From Syntrophales bacterium (lineage in GTDB: Bacteria > Desulfobacterota > Syntrophia > Syntrophales > UBA2210), in assembly GCA_030655735.1 (NCBI GenBank), contig JAUSPK010000183.1, positions 1 to 44,331 on the forward strand: 44,331 nt of DNA, read 5' to 3'. Below, one piece after another: positions 1-9,594 of the stretch (positions within the stretch are counted from its first letter, which is position 1; each line of letters opens with the position of its first letter). The notes under the pieces are model-generated. The model made no database searches. It saw nothing but the letters and a program-made list of their open reading frames with translations, and was not told where the DNA came from. The position numbers were made by a program, and so were the translations under genes.

Positions 1-75
1 GAGAGGAAGCCATCGGGGGACATAGGTGACGATCCCCATCCCGATGAGGATGTACAGATAATCGGCATGTATCAT
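1..75 (-). CDS. azlD: AzlD-like branched-chain amino acid transport protein, N-terminal part (gene runs off the left edge)
   Basis: Reverse translation from ATG at 75..73 gives MIHADYLYILIGMGIVTYVPRWLPL. It is hydrophobic and has the VTYxxRxxP pattern typical of AzlD. The start overlaps the azlC stop (ATGA). It is absent from the ORF track because it is under 60 aa inside the window. Confidence 0.6.
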   Translation of the reverse strand, partial: MIHADYLYILIGMGIVTYVPRWLPL

Positions 76-797
76 GGTTGTCCCTCCGCGCCTGAGGAGA
101 CCCGCGACCGTTTGAGAATAACCCCCAGTGCCGCCGCGATCACCGAGGCAATCACGATGTAGCTGTTTCCGGGGATCAGGAGCGACAGGCCGACGGCAAG
201 GAGACCGGCGATGATGGCGACGATCACGTACAGTCTCCCCCTGAGCTGGAAGATGAGGAGGCAGATAAACATGGCGCTCAGGGCGTAGTCGATTCCGAAG
301 GCCCCGGCGGGGATGAACTGCCCGCCGAATCCGCCCGCCACCGTGCGGGCTATCCAGGGGAGGTTTGTTGTGTGATTCAGGACGAGAGCGCGTCTCCAGT
401 CCCAATTGCCGTCCCTGAACTTGGCGCTGTTGAGGGCGAAGCTCTCATCCGTCACCCCGTAGGCAAAGAGGGAGAGCGGGCCCGTGCCGAGATTGCGCAT
501 AAAGGTCGAAAGCGACGAGCTCATCAGCATGTGGCGCAGATTGACGGTAAAGGTGGTGATCACGATGGGGACGATGCCGGCCCCGGCGCTCAGCATGGAG
601 ACGGCGATAAACTGTGAGCTGCCCGCGTAGACGAGGAGGGACATGAGGCCGATCTCGACGGGGGAGAGCCCCGCCTTCTGGGCGATCACACCAAAGGCCA
701 GGCCGATGGCGAGGTAGCCGAGGCAGATGGGCCACGCGCCGATAATGCCGTCTTTCAGTATTCCCATCCAGTGGATGTTGTGTGATTCAGAATCCAT
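72..797 (-). CDS. azlC: AzlC family branched-chain amino acid transporter subunit
   Basis: 241-aa multi-TM ORF. GAWPICLGYLAIGLAFGV and LLVYAGSSQFIAV segments are typical of AzlC, and it is followed by an overlapping azlD. Confidence 0.85.
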   Translation of the reverse strand: MDSESHNIHWMGILKDGIIGAWPICLGYLAIGLAFGVIAQKAGLSPVEIGLMSLLVYAGSSQFIAVSMLSAGAGIVPIVITTFTVNLRHMLMSSSLSTFMRNLGTGPLSLFAYGVTDESFALNSAKFRDGNWDWRRALVLNHTTNLPWIARTVAGGFGGQFIPAGAFGIDYALSAMFICLLIFQLRGRLYVIVAIIAGLLAVGLSLLIPGNSYIVIASVIAAALGVILKRSRVSSGAEGQP

Positions 798-999
798 GCC
801 TGCTGTCCGTACGTTACGTCGGAAATCCCTGCCAAATCGAGCCCTCAGACCCGAGGGCGACAGGCCGGAGATTTACTACAATACAGACGGGAAGTCAAAG
901 AGGCTTTTGACATGGTCTGGCTCATTGACAGATTCCCGGCGCGCATGTATACAGTACTTCCAGAAGGGAACAAAATACTTTTCAGGGGGGAACGGTGAG

Positions 1000-2166
1000 A
1001 TGCAGAATTTTGTATTCGAAAATCCGACAAAGATAGTCTTCGGAAAGGATCAGATCAAAAAGACCGGCCGCGAAGTCAAGAAATTCGGCCGAAAGGTCCT
1101 GATGGTCTATGGCCAGGGGAGCATCAAGAAAAACGGTATCTACGATCGGGTTATCGCGTCGCTTAATGAAGCGGGACTCCAAATCGTCGAGTTTCCCGGC
1201 GTCAGGTCAAACCCGGTCCTGTCCTATGCCTTGAAGGGGATCGATGTCGCGAAAAGAGAGGGGGTCGATGTGGTCCTCGCGGTCGGGGGCGGGAGTGTCA
1301 TGGATACGGCGAAGACGATAGCAGTCGGGGCGAAAACGGATGATGACGTATGGGATTATTTCGTCTTCAAAAAGGCGGTACAGGGCGCCCTGCCCCTCCT
1401 GACGGTTGTCACCATCTCCGCCAGCGCGTCGGAGATGAATCCGGCGGCGGTCATTACGAAAGAGGAGGATGCTCAGAAGTACAGCTTCAGGTCCCCCTTT
1501 GCCCAGCCGAAGACATCCATTCTCGATCCGACGGCGCTCTTTACACTCAGTCCCGCGTACAGCGCGTACAGCGCGGTCGACGCGATAGCGCACATGCTGG
1601 AACCGTATTTCAAAAATACGGAACCGAACAGCCTCCTTCAGGACAGGCTTGTGGAGGGTCTGGTGAAGACGGTTATGGAAAGCGCGGAGGCCATACTGAA
1701 GGATCCGGCTGATTACGATGCGAGAGCAAACATGATGTGGGCCGCCATACTGGGCTTTAACGGTATGACCACGGCTGGCATAGGACTGATAGGCCTCCCC
1801 GCCCACATGATGGAGCATGCCGTGAGTGCGCTCTACGATATCGCGCACGGCGCCGGGTTGTCGATCACCCTTCCGGCGTGGATGTCGTACATAGTTGGCG
1901 AGAATCCTGCGAAGTTTGCAAGGCTGGCACGTAAACTCTTCGGTATCGAGGAGAAGGACGACCTTAAGGCAGGGATGGCGGGGATTGCCCGTTTAAAAGA
2001 GTGGTTTAAGTCCATCGGAAGCCCCGTTTCGCTCGGAGAGGCGCAGATACCCGAGCAGGACATAGGAAAGATTGCAGAAAACGCGTACGCGCTCTCCCAG
2101 CTTTGGGGGCTTAGTGATTATTATACTGAAGAGGTTATCACCGATATCCTCAAACTGTGTAAGTAG
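1000..2166 (+). CDS. Iron-containing (group III) alcohol dehydrogenase, butanol-DH/YqhD-like
   Basis: The ORF track gives 727..2166, but the first 91 codons overlap azlC and look like noise. The ATG at 1000 (MQNFVFENPTKIVFGKDQI) is preceded by GGGGGGAACGGTGAG. Fe-ADH hallmarks are present: GGGSVMDTAK, DAIAHMLEPYF and EHAVSALYDIAHGAGL. Confidence 0.85.
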   Translation: MQNFVFENPTKIVFGKDQIKKTGREVKKFGRKVLMVYGQGSIKKNGIYDRVIASLNEAGLQIVEFPGVRSNPVLSYALKGIDVAKREGVDVVLAVGGGSVMDTAKTIAVGAKTDDDVWDYFVFKKAVQGALPLLTVVTISASASEMNPAAVITKEEDAQKYSFRSPFAQPKTSILDPTALFTLSPAYSAYSAVDAIAHMLEPYFKNTEPNSLLQDRLVEGLVKTVMESAEAILKDPADYDARANMMWAAILGFNGMTTAGIGLIGLPAHMMEHAVSALYDIAHGAGLSITLPAWMSYIVGENPAKFARLARKLFGIEEKDDLKAGMAGIARLKEWFKSIGSPVSLGEAQIPEQDIGKIAENAYALSQLWGLSDYYTEEVITDILKLCK

Positions 2167-2185
2167 AGGAAAGCTGTAAGGGTAT

Positions 2186-2767
2186 ATGACGGGAATCATA
2201 CTATCGGGGGGCAAGAACGCCCGGATGGGCGAGAACAAGGCGTTTATACGTATAAACGGGGAGCGGATCATTGACCGAACGATACGGATCTTCAGGGAGC
2301 TGTTTGATGAGATCGTCCTGGTCACCAACGAACCCCTTGCATATCTTGAGTTCGATCTGAAGATCGTCACGGATATCATCAAGGGAAAGGCCGCCCTGGG
2401 GGGGATCTATACCGGCCTGTTCCACTCGGCCTGCGAGCACGCCTTTGTCTGCCCCTGCGACATGCCCTTTCTGAACGTCGATTTTATACGGTATATGAAA
2501 GACAGGACGAAGAACTACGATATCGTGGTCCCGGTGGAGCCCGAAGGGTTCCAGCCCCTGCACGCGATATATTCCAGACGGTGCATGCCGGCCATGAAAA
2601 GGTGTATTGACGAGGACCGGCTGAAGATATCCGGCTTTTACGAACAGGTACGGGTTTTGAAGATACCGCCCGAGGCCATCGCACCGTTCGATCCCGAGGG
2701 GAGGATGTTTTCCAACGTCAACTCCCCCGATGACCTCGAAATCGTGGGAAACGGGGCCAATCACTGA
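2186..2767 (+). CDS. mobA: Molybdenum cofactor guanylyltransferase (MobA-like)
   Basis: 193-aa ORF. The N-terminus MTGIILSGGKNARMGENKAF carries the LSGGxxxRMG loop, and a CPCDMPF motif is present. It starts 19 nt after the ADH stop. Confidence 0.8.
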   Translation: MTGIILSGGKNARMGENKAFIRINGERIIDRTIRIFRELFDEIVLVTNEPLAYLEFDLKIVTDIIKGKAALGGIYTGLFHSACEHAFVCPCDMPFLNVDFIRYMKDRTKNYDIVVPVEPEGFQPLHAIYSRRCMPAMKRCIDEDRLKISGFYEQVRVLKIPPEAIAPFDPEGRMFSNVNSPDDLEIVGNGANH

Positions 2768-3622
2768 TCAGGACTGCCGCTGGGCGCACTCCAATGTATT
2801 TTTCAAAAGCATGGCAATGGTGGTGGGGCCGACCCCGCCGAGCCGGGGGGTGATCCATCCGGCTACCTCCGCGACCGATTCATCGACATCGGGAACGAGA
2901 CGTTTCCCCTCCCAGGTAATCCCCCCGCTGATGACCACGGCTCCGGGCTTGACCATCTCCTTCGTCACGATGCCGGGGACACCCGCCGCGGCAATCACGA
3001 TGTCCGCCCTTTTCGTATAGTACGCTATGTTGTCAACCCCCGTATGCACGACCGTCACCGCGGCATTCGCCCCCGCCTTCTTCATTGTCAGCAGCAGCGC
3101 GAGGGGACGGCCCAGGGTGGAGCCTCTCCCAACGATAACCACCTCCCGCCCCTCCACGGGGATCTCATAGTGGAGCAGCATGGCATGGATGCCTGCAGGC
3201 GTGGCCGGTATCGGTCCCGGTTCCTGCAGAACCAATCTGCCGAGGTTCACGGGATGCAGGCCGTCCGCGTCCTTCTCGGGGGCCATCGCCTCGAGTGCCT
3301 CCGAATAGTCAAATCCTCGCGGAACGGGATACTGAATAATGAAGGCATGGACCTGGTCATTCCGGTTGAATTCTCGGACCGCATCGAGCAGGTCCGCCTG
3401 AGAGGCCCCGTCCGCAATGTGCCTGTCGAATGAGGCGAATCCGTTCTCCCTGCACGCTTCATGCTTCTTGCGGACGTAGCCGGCGCTCGCCGGATCGTCT
3501 CCCACCAGGATGGTCCCAAGCCCGGGGATAACCCCCTGCTTTCGCATTTCTCCGACCCGCCCTGCAACCTGTCTGAGCACGGCCTCCGCGACGGGCTTTC
3601 CCTCAAGATAGTGTGCCGGCAT
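2768..3622 (-). CDS. folD: Bifunctional methylenetetrahydrofolate dehydrogenase/methenyl-THF cyclohydrolase
   Basis: The ORF track start at 3637 is a GTG, whereas the ATG at 3622 has an AAAGGAAC Shine-Dalgarno upstream. Motifs present are GLGTILVGDDPASAGYVRKK, VVIVGRGSTLGRPLALLL and GGVGPTTIAMLL. It is convergent with mobA with no gap. Confidence 0.9.
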   Translation of the reverse strand: MPAHYLEGKPVAEAVLRQVAGRVGEMRKQGVIPGLGTILVGDDPASAGYVRKKHEACRENGFASFDRHIADGASQADLLDAVREFNRNDQVHAFIIQYPVPRGFDYSEALEAMAPEKDADGLHPVNLGRLVLQEPGPIPATPAGIHAMLLHYEIPVEGREVVIVGRGSTLGRPLALLLTMKKAGANAAVTVVHTGVDNIAYYTKRADIVIAAAGVPGIVTKEMVKPGAVVISGGITWEGKRLVPDVDESVAEVAGWITPRLGGVGPTTIAMLLKNTLECAQRQS

Positions 3623-3654
3623 CTCTGTTCCTTTCACGATCTCCGGACCGTCCT

Positions 3655-4656
3655 TTATTGTGAATAGCCTTTGAGCGATTCTATCAGCGACGGAACAATA
3701 TCTTTAAGATCACCGACCAGACCGAGGTCACAGTGGGCAAAGATGGCCGCGTTTGGATCCTGGTTGATCGCCACCATCAGGTCGGCCTTTTTGATGCCGA
3801 CCAGGTGGTGCATGTGCCCTGAAATGCCGATGCCGATGTAGAGTCGAGGATAAACGGTTCGGCCGCTCTGACCGACCATCTGGTTTCCCTCGGCCCAGCC
3901 CTCGTCAACCGGCGGCCGTGTCGCACCGACGGCTCCATGAAGCATCGCAGCCAGGTCTTCGATATGGTGCCAGTTCTCCTCGCGGCCAACGCCGTATCCG
4001 CCCACGACGATTACTTCCGCCGTTTCAAGATCGCCGGGTTTCGCCTCCTGGTGGTGCGTTTCGACTATACGATAGCCGAAGTCACTCTGGTCCACGGCTC
4101 CATTGATGTATATTATGCGGCCACGAACCGTGCCCGGCGGAGGCATGTCAAAGATGCCCGGATTGATCGTAGCCATCTGCGGGCGGGTGCGAGGACAGGA
4201 AATCCGGCCGAGACTGTTCCCGCCGGACCAGGGAATGACAGCCAGTAATTCTCCTGTATCGTTCAGTTCGAGGTCGATGCAGTGCGCCGATAAACCCGTT
4301 CGCAGCCGGGCCGCGAGCCGGGGGCCGAGATCGGTTCCCATGGTCGTGGCCCCCAGGAGGAATACCTCGGGTTCGTGTTCCCTGATAGCCCGTTCGAGGA
4401 CTTTTACATAGGCCAGGTTGTGGTACTCGGCGAGCCCTGAAGCATCGGCAACGATTACCTCATGGACACCATAACTGAGGATCTCATCGGCGAGTTTTTC
4501 TACCTGATGGCCAAGCAGGACGGCACCTACCTTCCATCCGATGTCTTCCGCCAGGTTCAGGGCCTTGCCCAGCAGTTCGATACCCACCTCGGCCGGCTTA
4601 CCCTTGCGCTGTTCGACAAAGACCCAGAGTTTACATTCCGATTGAGTCTCAGCCAT
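3655..4656 (-). CDS. etfA: Electron transfer flavoprotein alpha subunit
   Basis: The ORF track gives 3655..4788. The protein-like part starts at the ATG at 4656 (MAETQSECKLWVFVEQ), overlapping the etfB stop by 8 nt. The C-terminal FAD region contains VIVVGGYGVG and LYIGIGISGHMHHLVGI. Confidence 0.9.
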   Translation of the reverse strand: MAETQSECKLWVFVEQRKGKPAEVGIELLGKALNLAEDIGWKVGAVLLGHQVEKLADEILSYGVHEVIVADASGLAEYHNLAYVKVLERAIREHEPEVFLLGATTMGTDLGPRLAARLRTGLSAHCIDLELNDTGELLAVIPWSGGNSLGRISCPRTRPQMATINPGIFDMPPPGTVRGRIIYINGAVDQSDFGYRIVETHHQEAKPGDLETAEVIVVGGYGVGREENWHHIEDLAAMLHGAVGATRPPVDEGWAEGNQMVGQSGRTVYPRLYIGIGISGHMHHLVGIKKADLMVAINQDPNAAIFAHCDLGLVGDLKDIVPSLIESLKGYSQ

Positions 4657-5449
4657 GACAAAACCCCATTCTGTATAACCGGTCCGCCAGGGTTTGAGCC
4701 TGCGCGCGCGCGTCACCCTGAAGCATCTCGGCCTTCGTTTTTTTCTCGGGAACCATAAGATCGACAATCTGAGTCGGCGAGCCCTCAAGACCGATCCAGG
4801 GTTCGTCGAGGATCAGATCATCGGCGGTCAGAACCCGGGCTTCTTTTTGTTCCCCATCAAGAATTGCCATCAGCGTCACGTACCGCGGCTTGTTGATCTC
4901 CTTGACCACCGACAGAACCATCGGTGGGTCGAGCTCGGCAATCATATATCCGTCCTCGATCTGTGACTGGACCCGAAAGGTCTTTTCGTCGGATACCTGG
5001 ACGGAACTGACGTGCATGAGGTTCGGAACGCCGAGAAGTTCCGCGATCTGAGGGCTGACCTGAGCGGTGCCGCTGTCGGTGGTCTCGTCGCCGCACAAGA
5101 GGAGATCGAAGGGACCGATAGACCTGACGGCAGCCGCGATGATCGACGCCGTAGCCAGCGTGTCCGATCCGGCAAACCGCCGGTCGGAAAGCACCACCAT
5201 CCGGTCTGCTCCCATGGCCAAAGCTTCCCGCAGTAGGGGAAGGGAAGCCTCGGGTGCCATACTCACGACAACAATCTCACCGCCGAAACGCTCGCGCAGC
5301 CGGAGTGCCTCCTCGAGGGCGTGTTTGTCCAGAGGGTTGATGACACTCGGCACATCCTGGCGGTTCAAGGTCTTTGTCGTTTCGTCAAGGACCTCCCGGC
5401 CCGCATATTTAGGATCGGGAACCGGTTTGATGCAAACAATGATACGCAT
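4649..5449 (-). CDS. etfB: Electron transfer flavoprotein beta subunit
   Basis: 266 aa. The N-terminus MRIIVCIKPVPDP and the segment DLLLCGDETTDSGTAQV are typical of ETF-beta. It lies 18 nt downstream of the acyl-CoA dehydrogenase gene. Confidence 0.9.
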   Translation of the reverse strand: MRIIVCIKPVPDPKYAGREVLDETTKTLNRQDVPSVINPLDKHALEEALRLRERFGGEIVVVSMAPEASLPLLREALAMGADRMVVLSDRRFAGSDTLATASIIAAAVRSIGPFDLLLCGDETTDSGTAQVSPQIAELLGVPNLMHVSSVQVSDEKTFRVQSQIEDGYMIAELDPPMVLSVVKEINKPRYVTLMAILDGEQKEARVLTADDLILDEPWIGLEGSPTQIVDLMVPEKKTKAEMLQGDARAQAQTLADRLYRMGFCHG

Positions 5450-5467
5450 ACCTGTTTCCGTGTCTCT

Positions 5468-6610
5468 CTATTGGTATTGCTTTATCGCGATACGTGAAAG
5501 CACAAGCTTGGCGATCTCGGCCGTACCTCCCGCGGGAACTGCCACGAGAGCGTCGCGCATCAGTCTCTGAATCGGGTATTCTTTCAGGATGCCATAGCTT
5601 CCGTGAATCTCGATTGCCTTTCGTGCCGATCTGGCAGCCGCCTCGCAGATCCACTGTTTCGCCAGTGTCGCCGCCGCATCCGCCGGGATGTTGTTGTCCA
5701 GCATCCAGCCGGCGCGGTACGCGAGCAGTCGGGCGATTTCCAGGTCCGAATAGATCTCGGTAATATACCACTGTATCGCCTGGAGGTTTGAAATCGGCTT
5801 TCCGTAGAGTTCGCGTTCTGTGGCAAACTTGACCGCCTCTTCGATGACGGCGTTCAGGATGCCGAGGCCCACGCTTGCCATTCCGGGCCGTCCGCAACTT
5901 CCGATGGTTCCGAGCGCTACCGCCATTCCGTTACCCTCACCGCCGATCAGATTTTCTTTCGGTACTTCGCAGTCCTGGAAAACCAGCTCGCCGGTGTTTG
6001 CGCCGCGCAGACCCACCTTGTCTTCAATATGGCCGGTCTTGGCCCCGGGAAAATCTTTTTCCACGATAAACGCCGACATGCCCTTTCGGCCTTCACCTGT
6101 CATGACCGGTACAATCCAGGTGTTCGAGACGTGAGCGTTCGTGATGAAGCACTTCCTGCCGTTCAGTATATATTTGTCGCCTTCCAGCCGTCCCGTTGAC
6201 TTTGTGGCGGCAACATCCGAACCACCCGATGGTTCCGTGACCGCCACTACCCCCAGGGCCTCTCCCTGTGCCAGCGGGGGGAGGTACTTTTTCTTCTGTT
6301 CTTCGCTTCCGAATGTGTTCAGCGCGTAGGTACACATGTGATGAACCTGCAGGGCCATGGGCATGGCGGGACAGACCCGTCCCAGTTGTTCAAGAACCAG
6401 TATTCGTGCCAGGTGCCCAAGACCGGCACCACCATACTCCCGGGGGGTGATGACACCGAGAATACCCATGTCGGCCAGTCCTTTCAAAAGATCCATGGGA
6501 AACTCCCCCGTTTCTTCCATCGTGTCCATGCGTGGGGGTATCTCTTTCTCCGCAAACTCTCGAATTGTTTTCTGAAGCATCTCGTCTCGTTCGGTTAACT
6601 TGAAATCCAT
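5468..6610 (-). CDS. Acyl-CoA dehydrogenase family protein (short/branched-chain-like)
   Basis: 380 aa with ACAD-family segments VAVTEPSGGSDVAATKS, CFITNA and QRLMRDA. It is the first gene of an acd-etfB-etfA operon. The usual C-terminal YEGT reads AGGT here (see findings). Confidence 0.9.
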   Translation of the reverse strand: MDFKLTERDEMLQKTIREFAEKEIPPRMDTMEETGEFPMDLLKGLADMGILGVITPREYGGAGLGHLARILVLEQLGRVCPAMPMALQVHHMCTYALNTFGSEEQKKKYLPPLAQGEALGVVAVTEPSGGSDVAATKSTGRLEGDKYILNGRKCFITNAHVSNTWIVPVMTGEGRKGMSAFIVEKDFPGAKTGHIEDKVGLRGANTGELVFQDCEVPKENLIGGEGNGMAVALGTIGSCGRPGMASVGLGILNAVIEEAVKFATERELYGKPISNLQAIQWYITEIYSDLEIARLLAYRAGWMLDNNIPADAAATLAKQWICEAAARSARKAIEIHGSYGILKEYPIQRLMRDALVAVPAGGTAEIAKLVLSRIAIKQYQ

Positions 6611-6813
6611 ATATCTTTTCCTCCTGTAAATAGTTTATTTGACAAGCATCATGACACAGATAACCCTGTTTGATGCAGGTAACGACGTTGAGGTACATAT
6701 TCCTGTTCCTGTCGTGTATACTCCGGATACAATGCGTCAGCGTCGAGATCTATGGCATTCCCCAGCACGATATGATAGTCCTTCCGGTACTACGCGTATG
6801 AGGGGAAATTTTC

Positions 6814-7968
6814 ATGAGAGCTATCATGTTCCGGCACAAATGTGAAGAACTGATTCGTCTGGCGGCGCTGTGCACCGTCATCACGGTTTTCGGGGCGATG
6901 CTCCCCTTCTCCTCGTCCGCGGCGGATGGCCCGGAGGCGGATATCGGGGCGAAGATCGGGCAGATGCTGATGGTCGGGTTCAGGGGCCTCGAGGTGGATG
7001 AAGGGTCCCCCGTCATTCGGGATATCAGAGAGGGGAGGATCGGGGGCGTCATCCTTTTTGATTATGACGTCCCGTCGGCCGCTCCCGTCAGAAATATCGA
7101 ATCCCTGCAGCAGGTAAAAAAGCTGGTGGCCGCCCTGAAGGGCGCCGCTCCCATTCCTCTCTTTGTCGCGATCGATCAGGAGGGGGGCCGGGTCTGCCGT
7201 CTGAAGGAAAAGTTCGGGTTCCCGCCTTCCGTGTCGGCGCAGTATCTCGGATCCCTGGACAATATTGAGACAACGAAGAAATCCGCGGATGCGACGGCTG
7301 AAACACTGGCGAGTCTGGGGATAAACCTGAACTTCGCCCCCGTCGTGGATCTGAATACCAATCCGGACAATCCCGTGATCGGGAGACTGGAGCGGAGCTT
7401 TTCGGCCGACCCGGCGGTCGTTACCCGGCAGGCGATTGCGGTTATTGATTCTCTGCACGGTCGCGGTATTCTCTCAGGCATCAAACACTTCCCCGGCCAC
7501 GGGAGTTCCACCGCCGATTCGCACGAGGGGTTTGTCGATATCACACAGACCTGGTCTCGCGAAGAGCTGATTCCCTATGATAGGATCATCAAGGCCGAGA
7601 AGTGTGACATGATCATGACGGCCCATGTATTCAACGGGACGCTCGATCCCCGATGGCCCGCAACGCTCTCATCCGAGGTTATGCACATCCTGCGTGATTA
7701 TATGGGGTATGAAGGCGTCGTCATCTCCGACGACATGCAGATGAAAGCGATACGCGAATCCTACGGGTTTGAGACCGCGATAGAGCGGGCCGTGCTCGCC
7801 GGCGTCGACATCCTCGTCTTTGCCAACAACTCCGTTTTTGAGGAGGATGTCGCATCAAAGGCCGGTGCGATACTGGAGAGGCTGGTGCGCGGGGGAACAA
7901 TCTCTGCCGACAGGATAGACGAATCCTACCGGAGGATCATGAAACTTAAGGAGAGGCTCCGCCGCTGA
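6814..7968 (+). CDS. Secreted glycoside hydrolase family 3 N-terminal-domain protein (beta-N-acetylhexosaminidase/NagZ-like)
   Basis: 384 aa. The N-terminus looks like a signal peptide (LAALCTVITVFGAMLPFSSSAADG). GH3 motifs IDQEGGRV, KHFPGHGSSTADSH and VISDDMQMKAI are present. A GAGGGG Shine-Dalgarno sits 8 nt upstream of the ATG. Confidence 0.8.
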   Translation: MRAIMFRHKCEELIRLAALCTVITVFGAMLPFSSSAADGPEADIGAKIGQMLMVGFRGLEVDEGSPVIRDIREGRIGGVILFDYDVPSAAPVRNIESLQQVKKLVAALKGAAPIPLFVAIDQEGGRVCRLKEKFGFPPSVSAQYLGSLDNIETTKKSADATAETLASLGINLNFAPVVDLNTNPDNPVIGRLERSFSADPAVVTRQAIAVIDSLHGRGILSGIKHFPGHGSSTADSHEGFVDITQTWSREELIPYDRIIKAEKCDMIMTAHVFNGTLDPRWPATLSSEVMHILRDYMGYEGVVISDDMQMKAIRESYGFETAIERAVLAGVDILVFANNSVFEEDVASKAGAILERLVRGGTISADRIDESYRRIMKLKERLRR

Positions 7969-7973
7969 GCATT

Positions 7974-9575
7974 CTATTCGGGGAAAATCATACGCAGATC
8001 TTCCTCGATTTCTCTCAGCCGGTCTATCTCGGACTCCTGAATTCGGCCGCCCTTCGCCGTGAGCCGTCTCTTTAACTCCTCCAGTTCCTTTTCCAGGCTG
8101 ATGACAGTGCCGTGCATAATCTGCTGCAGGTCTTCCGGAGCCGCTTCAGGGGCTACCGCGTGGGTCACCTTCTGGGGTTCAAGGATCAGCGATTCTCCCA
8201 GTGTGGGAACATAGGCCTCCAGTTTGAGGTCTTCCCTGAGTTTGGCCGCGAGAGCCTCGCTGGCCGTCGACTCACCATGAATGACAAAGACGCGGGGATG
8301 TGATTCGGCAAAGTGCCCCGCCCACTCAAGGAGGCCCTTCTGATCGGCGTGCGCCGAGAATCCGCCGATGGTAAAGACCTTTGCCGCCACGGCGACGTCT
8401 TCCCCGAAGACCCTGACCCTCTTCTCCCCGTCCACGATCCTCCTGCCGGTGGTCCCCATGGCCTGAAAGCCCACGATAACGACGCTGGCTCCCTCTCGCC
8501 ACAGGTTGTGTTTGAGATGGTGCTTGATCCTCCCCGCGGTACACATGCCGCTCCCCGCGATGACGATTGCGGAGCCCGGCTTTTTGTTGATTGCCATGGA
8601 CTCTTCCGTCGAGGGGGTGAATTTCAGGTTTGGCATGTCAAAGGGGTCGAATCCCTTATTGACGATCTCCATCGCCTCTTCGTCGAAATCCTTTTTGTTT
8701 TTTCGGAATATCTCCGTCGCCTTGATCGCGAGCGGGCTGTCGAGGTAGATCGGTATGTCGGGGAGGGACCCGCTGCGCTGAAATTCACCCAGGATATAGA
8801 GTATCTCCTGGGTCCTCTCGACCGCGAATGCCGGGATAACCACCTTTTCGTTGTTTGATACGGCATACCCGATGGCCTCCAGGAATTCCGCCTTGCTGTC
8901 CTTGAAGGAGCGGTGCAGGCGGTTGCCGTATGTCGATTCGATAAAGAGATAGTCCGCCTGTGCGACCTCGGCGGGATCCTTGACGATCAGCTGGCTGTTC
9001 TTGCCGATATCCCCGGAGAAGACAATCTTTGTCTCTGCCCCCTCGTCATCTATCCACAGCTCTATGATCGAAGATCCGAGGATGTGTCCGGCATTGAGAA
9101 AGCGCGCCTTCATCCCCGGTTCGATGTCGATGATCTGATCCCGATTCACGGGTGAGAGATATTGAAGACTCTTCTGGGCGTCCGCTACGGTGTAGAGCGG
9201 TTCAATCCCCTTTTTACTCCTGCGTTTGTTCTTGCGAGTCTGCCATTCCGCGTCCATCTCCTGCACATGTCCCGAATCTAGAAGCATTACCTCGCACAGC
9301 TGCGCCGTGGGTGGGGAGGTGATAATCCGTCCGCGAAAACCGTCCTTGACAAGTTTGGGAATCCTGCCGCTGTGGTCGATGTGCGCATGGGTCAGCAGAA
9401 GGGTATCTATCTCCCTCGGATCGAACCCCCAGTCCGCCGAATTGCGCCACTCGGTCTGTTTCCCCCCCTGGAAGAGACCACAGTCCACCACTATCCTTTT
9501 GCCGCGGGAATCTTCGATGAGGTAGTTCGATCCCGTTACCGTCCCTGCGGCCCCCATGCAGGTTATCTTGATCAT
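7974..9575 (-). CDS. MBL-fold beta-CASP ribonuclease (RNase J/CPSF-like)
   Basis: 533 aa. It has the HxHxDH motif HAHIDHSG, a beta-CASP middle region and motif C GGFSAHADQ, followed by a charged coiled-coil-like C-terminal tail of about 70 aa. Confidence 0.8.
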   Translation of the reverse strand: MIKITCMGAAGTVTGSNYLIEDSRGKRIVVDCGLFQGGKQTEWRNSADWGFDPREIDTLLLTHAHIDHSGRIPKLVKDGFRGRIITSPPTAQLCEVMLLDSGHVQEMDAEWQTRKNKRRSKKGIEPLYTVADAQKSLQYLSPVNRDQIIDIEPGMKARFLNAGHILGSSIIELWIDDEGAETKIVFSGDIGKNSQLIVKDPAEVAQADYLFIESTYGNRLHRSFKDSKAEFLEAIGYAVSNNEKVVIPAFAVERTQEILYILGEFQRSGSLPDIPIYLDSPLAIKATEIFRKNKKDFDEEAMEIVNKGFDPFDMPNLKFTPSTEESMAINKKPGSAIVIAGSGMCTAGRIKHHLKHNLWREGASVVIVGFQAMGTTGRRIVDGEKRVRVFGEDVAVAAKVFTIGGFSAHADQKGLLEWAGHFAESHPRVFVIHGESTASEALAAKLREDLKLEAYVPTLGESLILEPQKVTHAVAPEAAPEDLQQIMHGTVISLEKELEELKRRLTAKGGRIQESEIDRLREIEEDLRMIFPE

Positions 9576-9594
9576 GTCCCGTTCCTTTCCTGTT

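Noticed and set aside
727-999. N-terminal extensions offered by the ORF track (ADH 727-999; also etfA 4657-4788, asnA 12034-12129, GOGAT amidotransferase 32538-32624, GXGXG subunit 29948-30190)
   Set aside because: Each extension overlaps the neighbouring gene or intergenic DNA and translates to Arg/Pro-rich noise. In each case an internal ATG with a Shine-Dalgarno sequence starts exactly where family-typical sequence begins.
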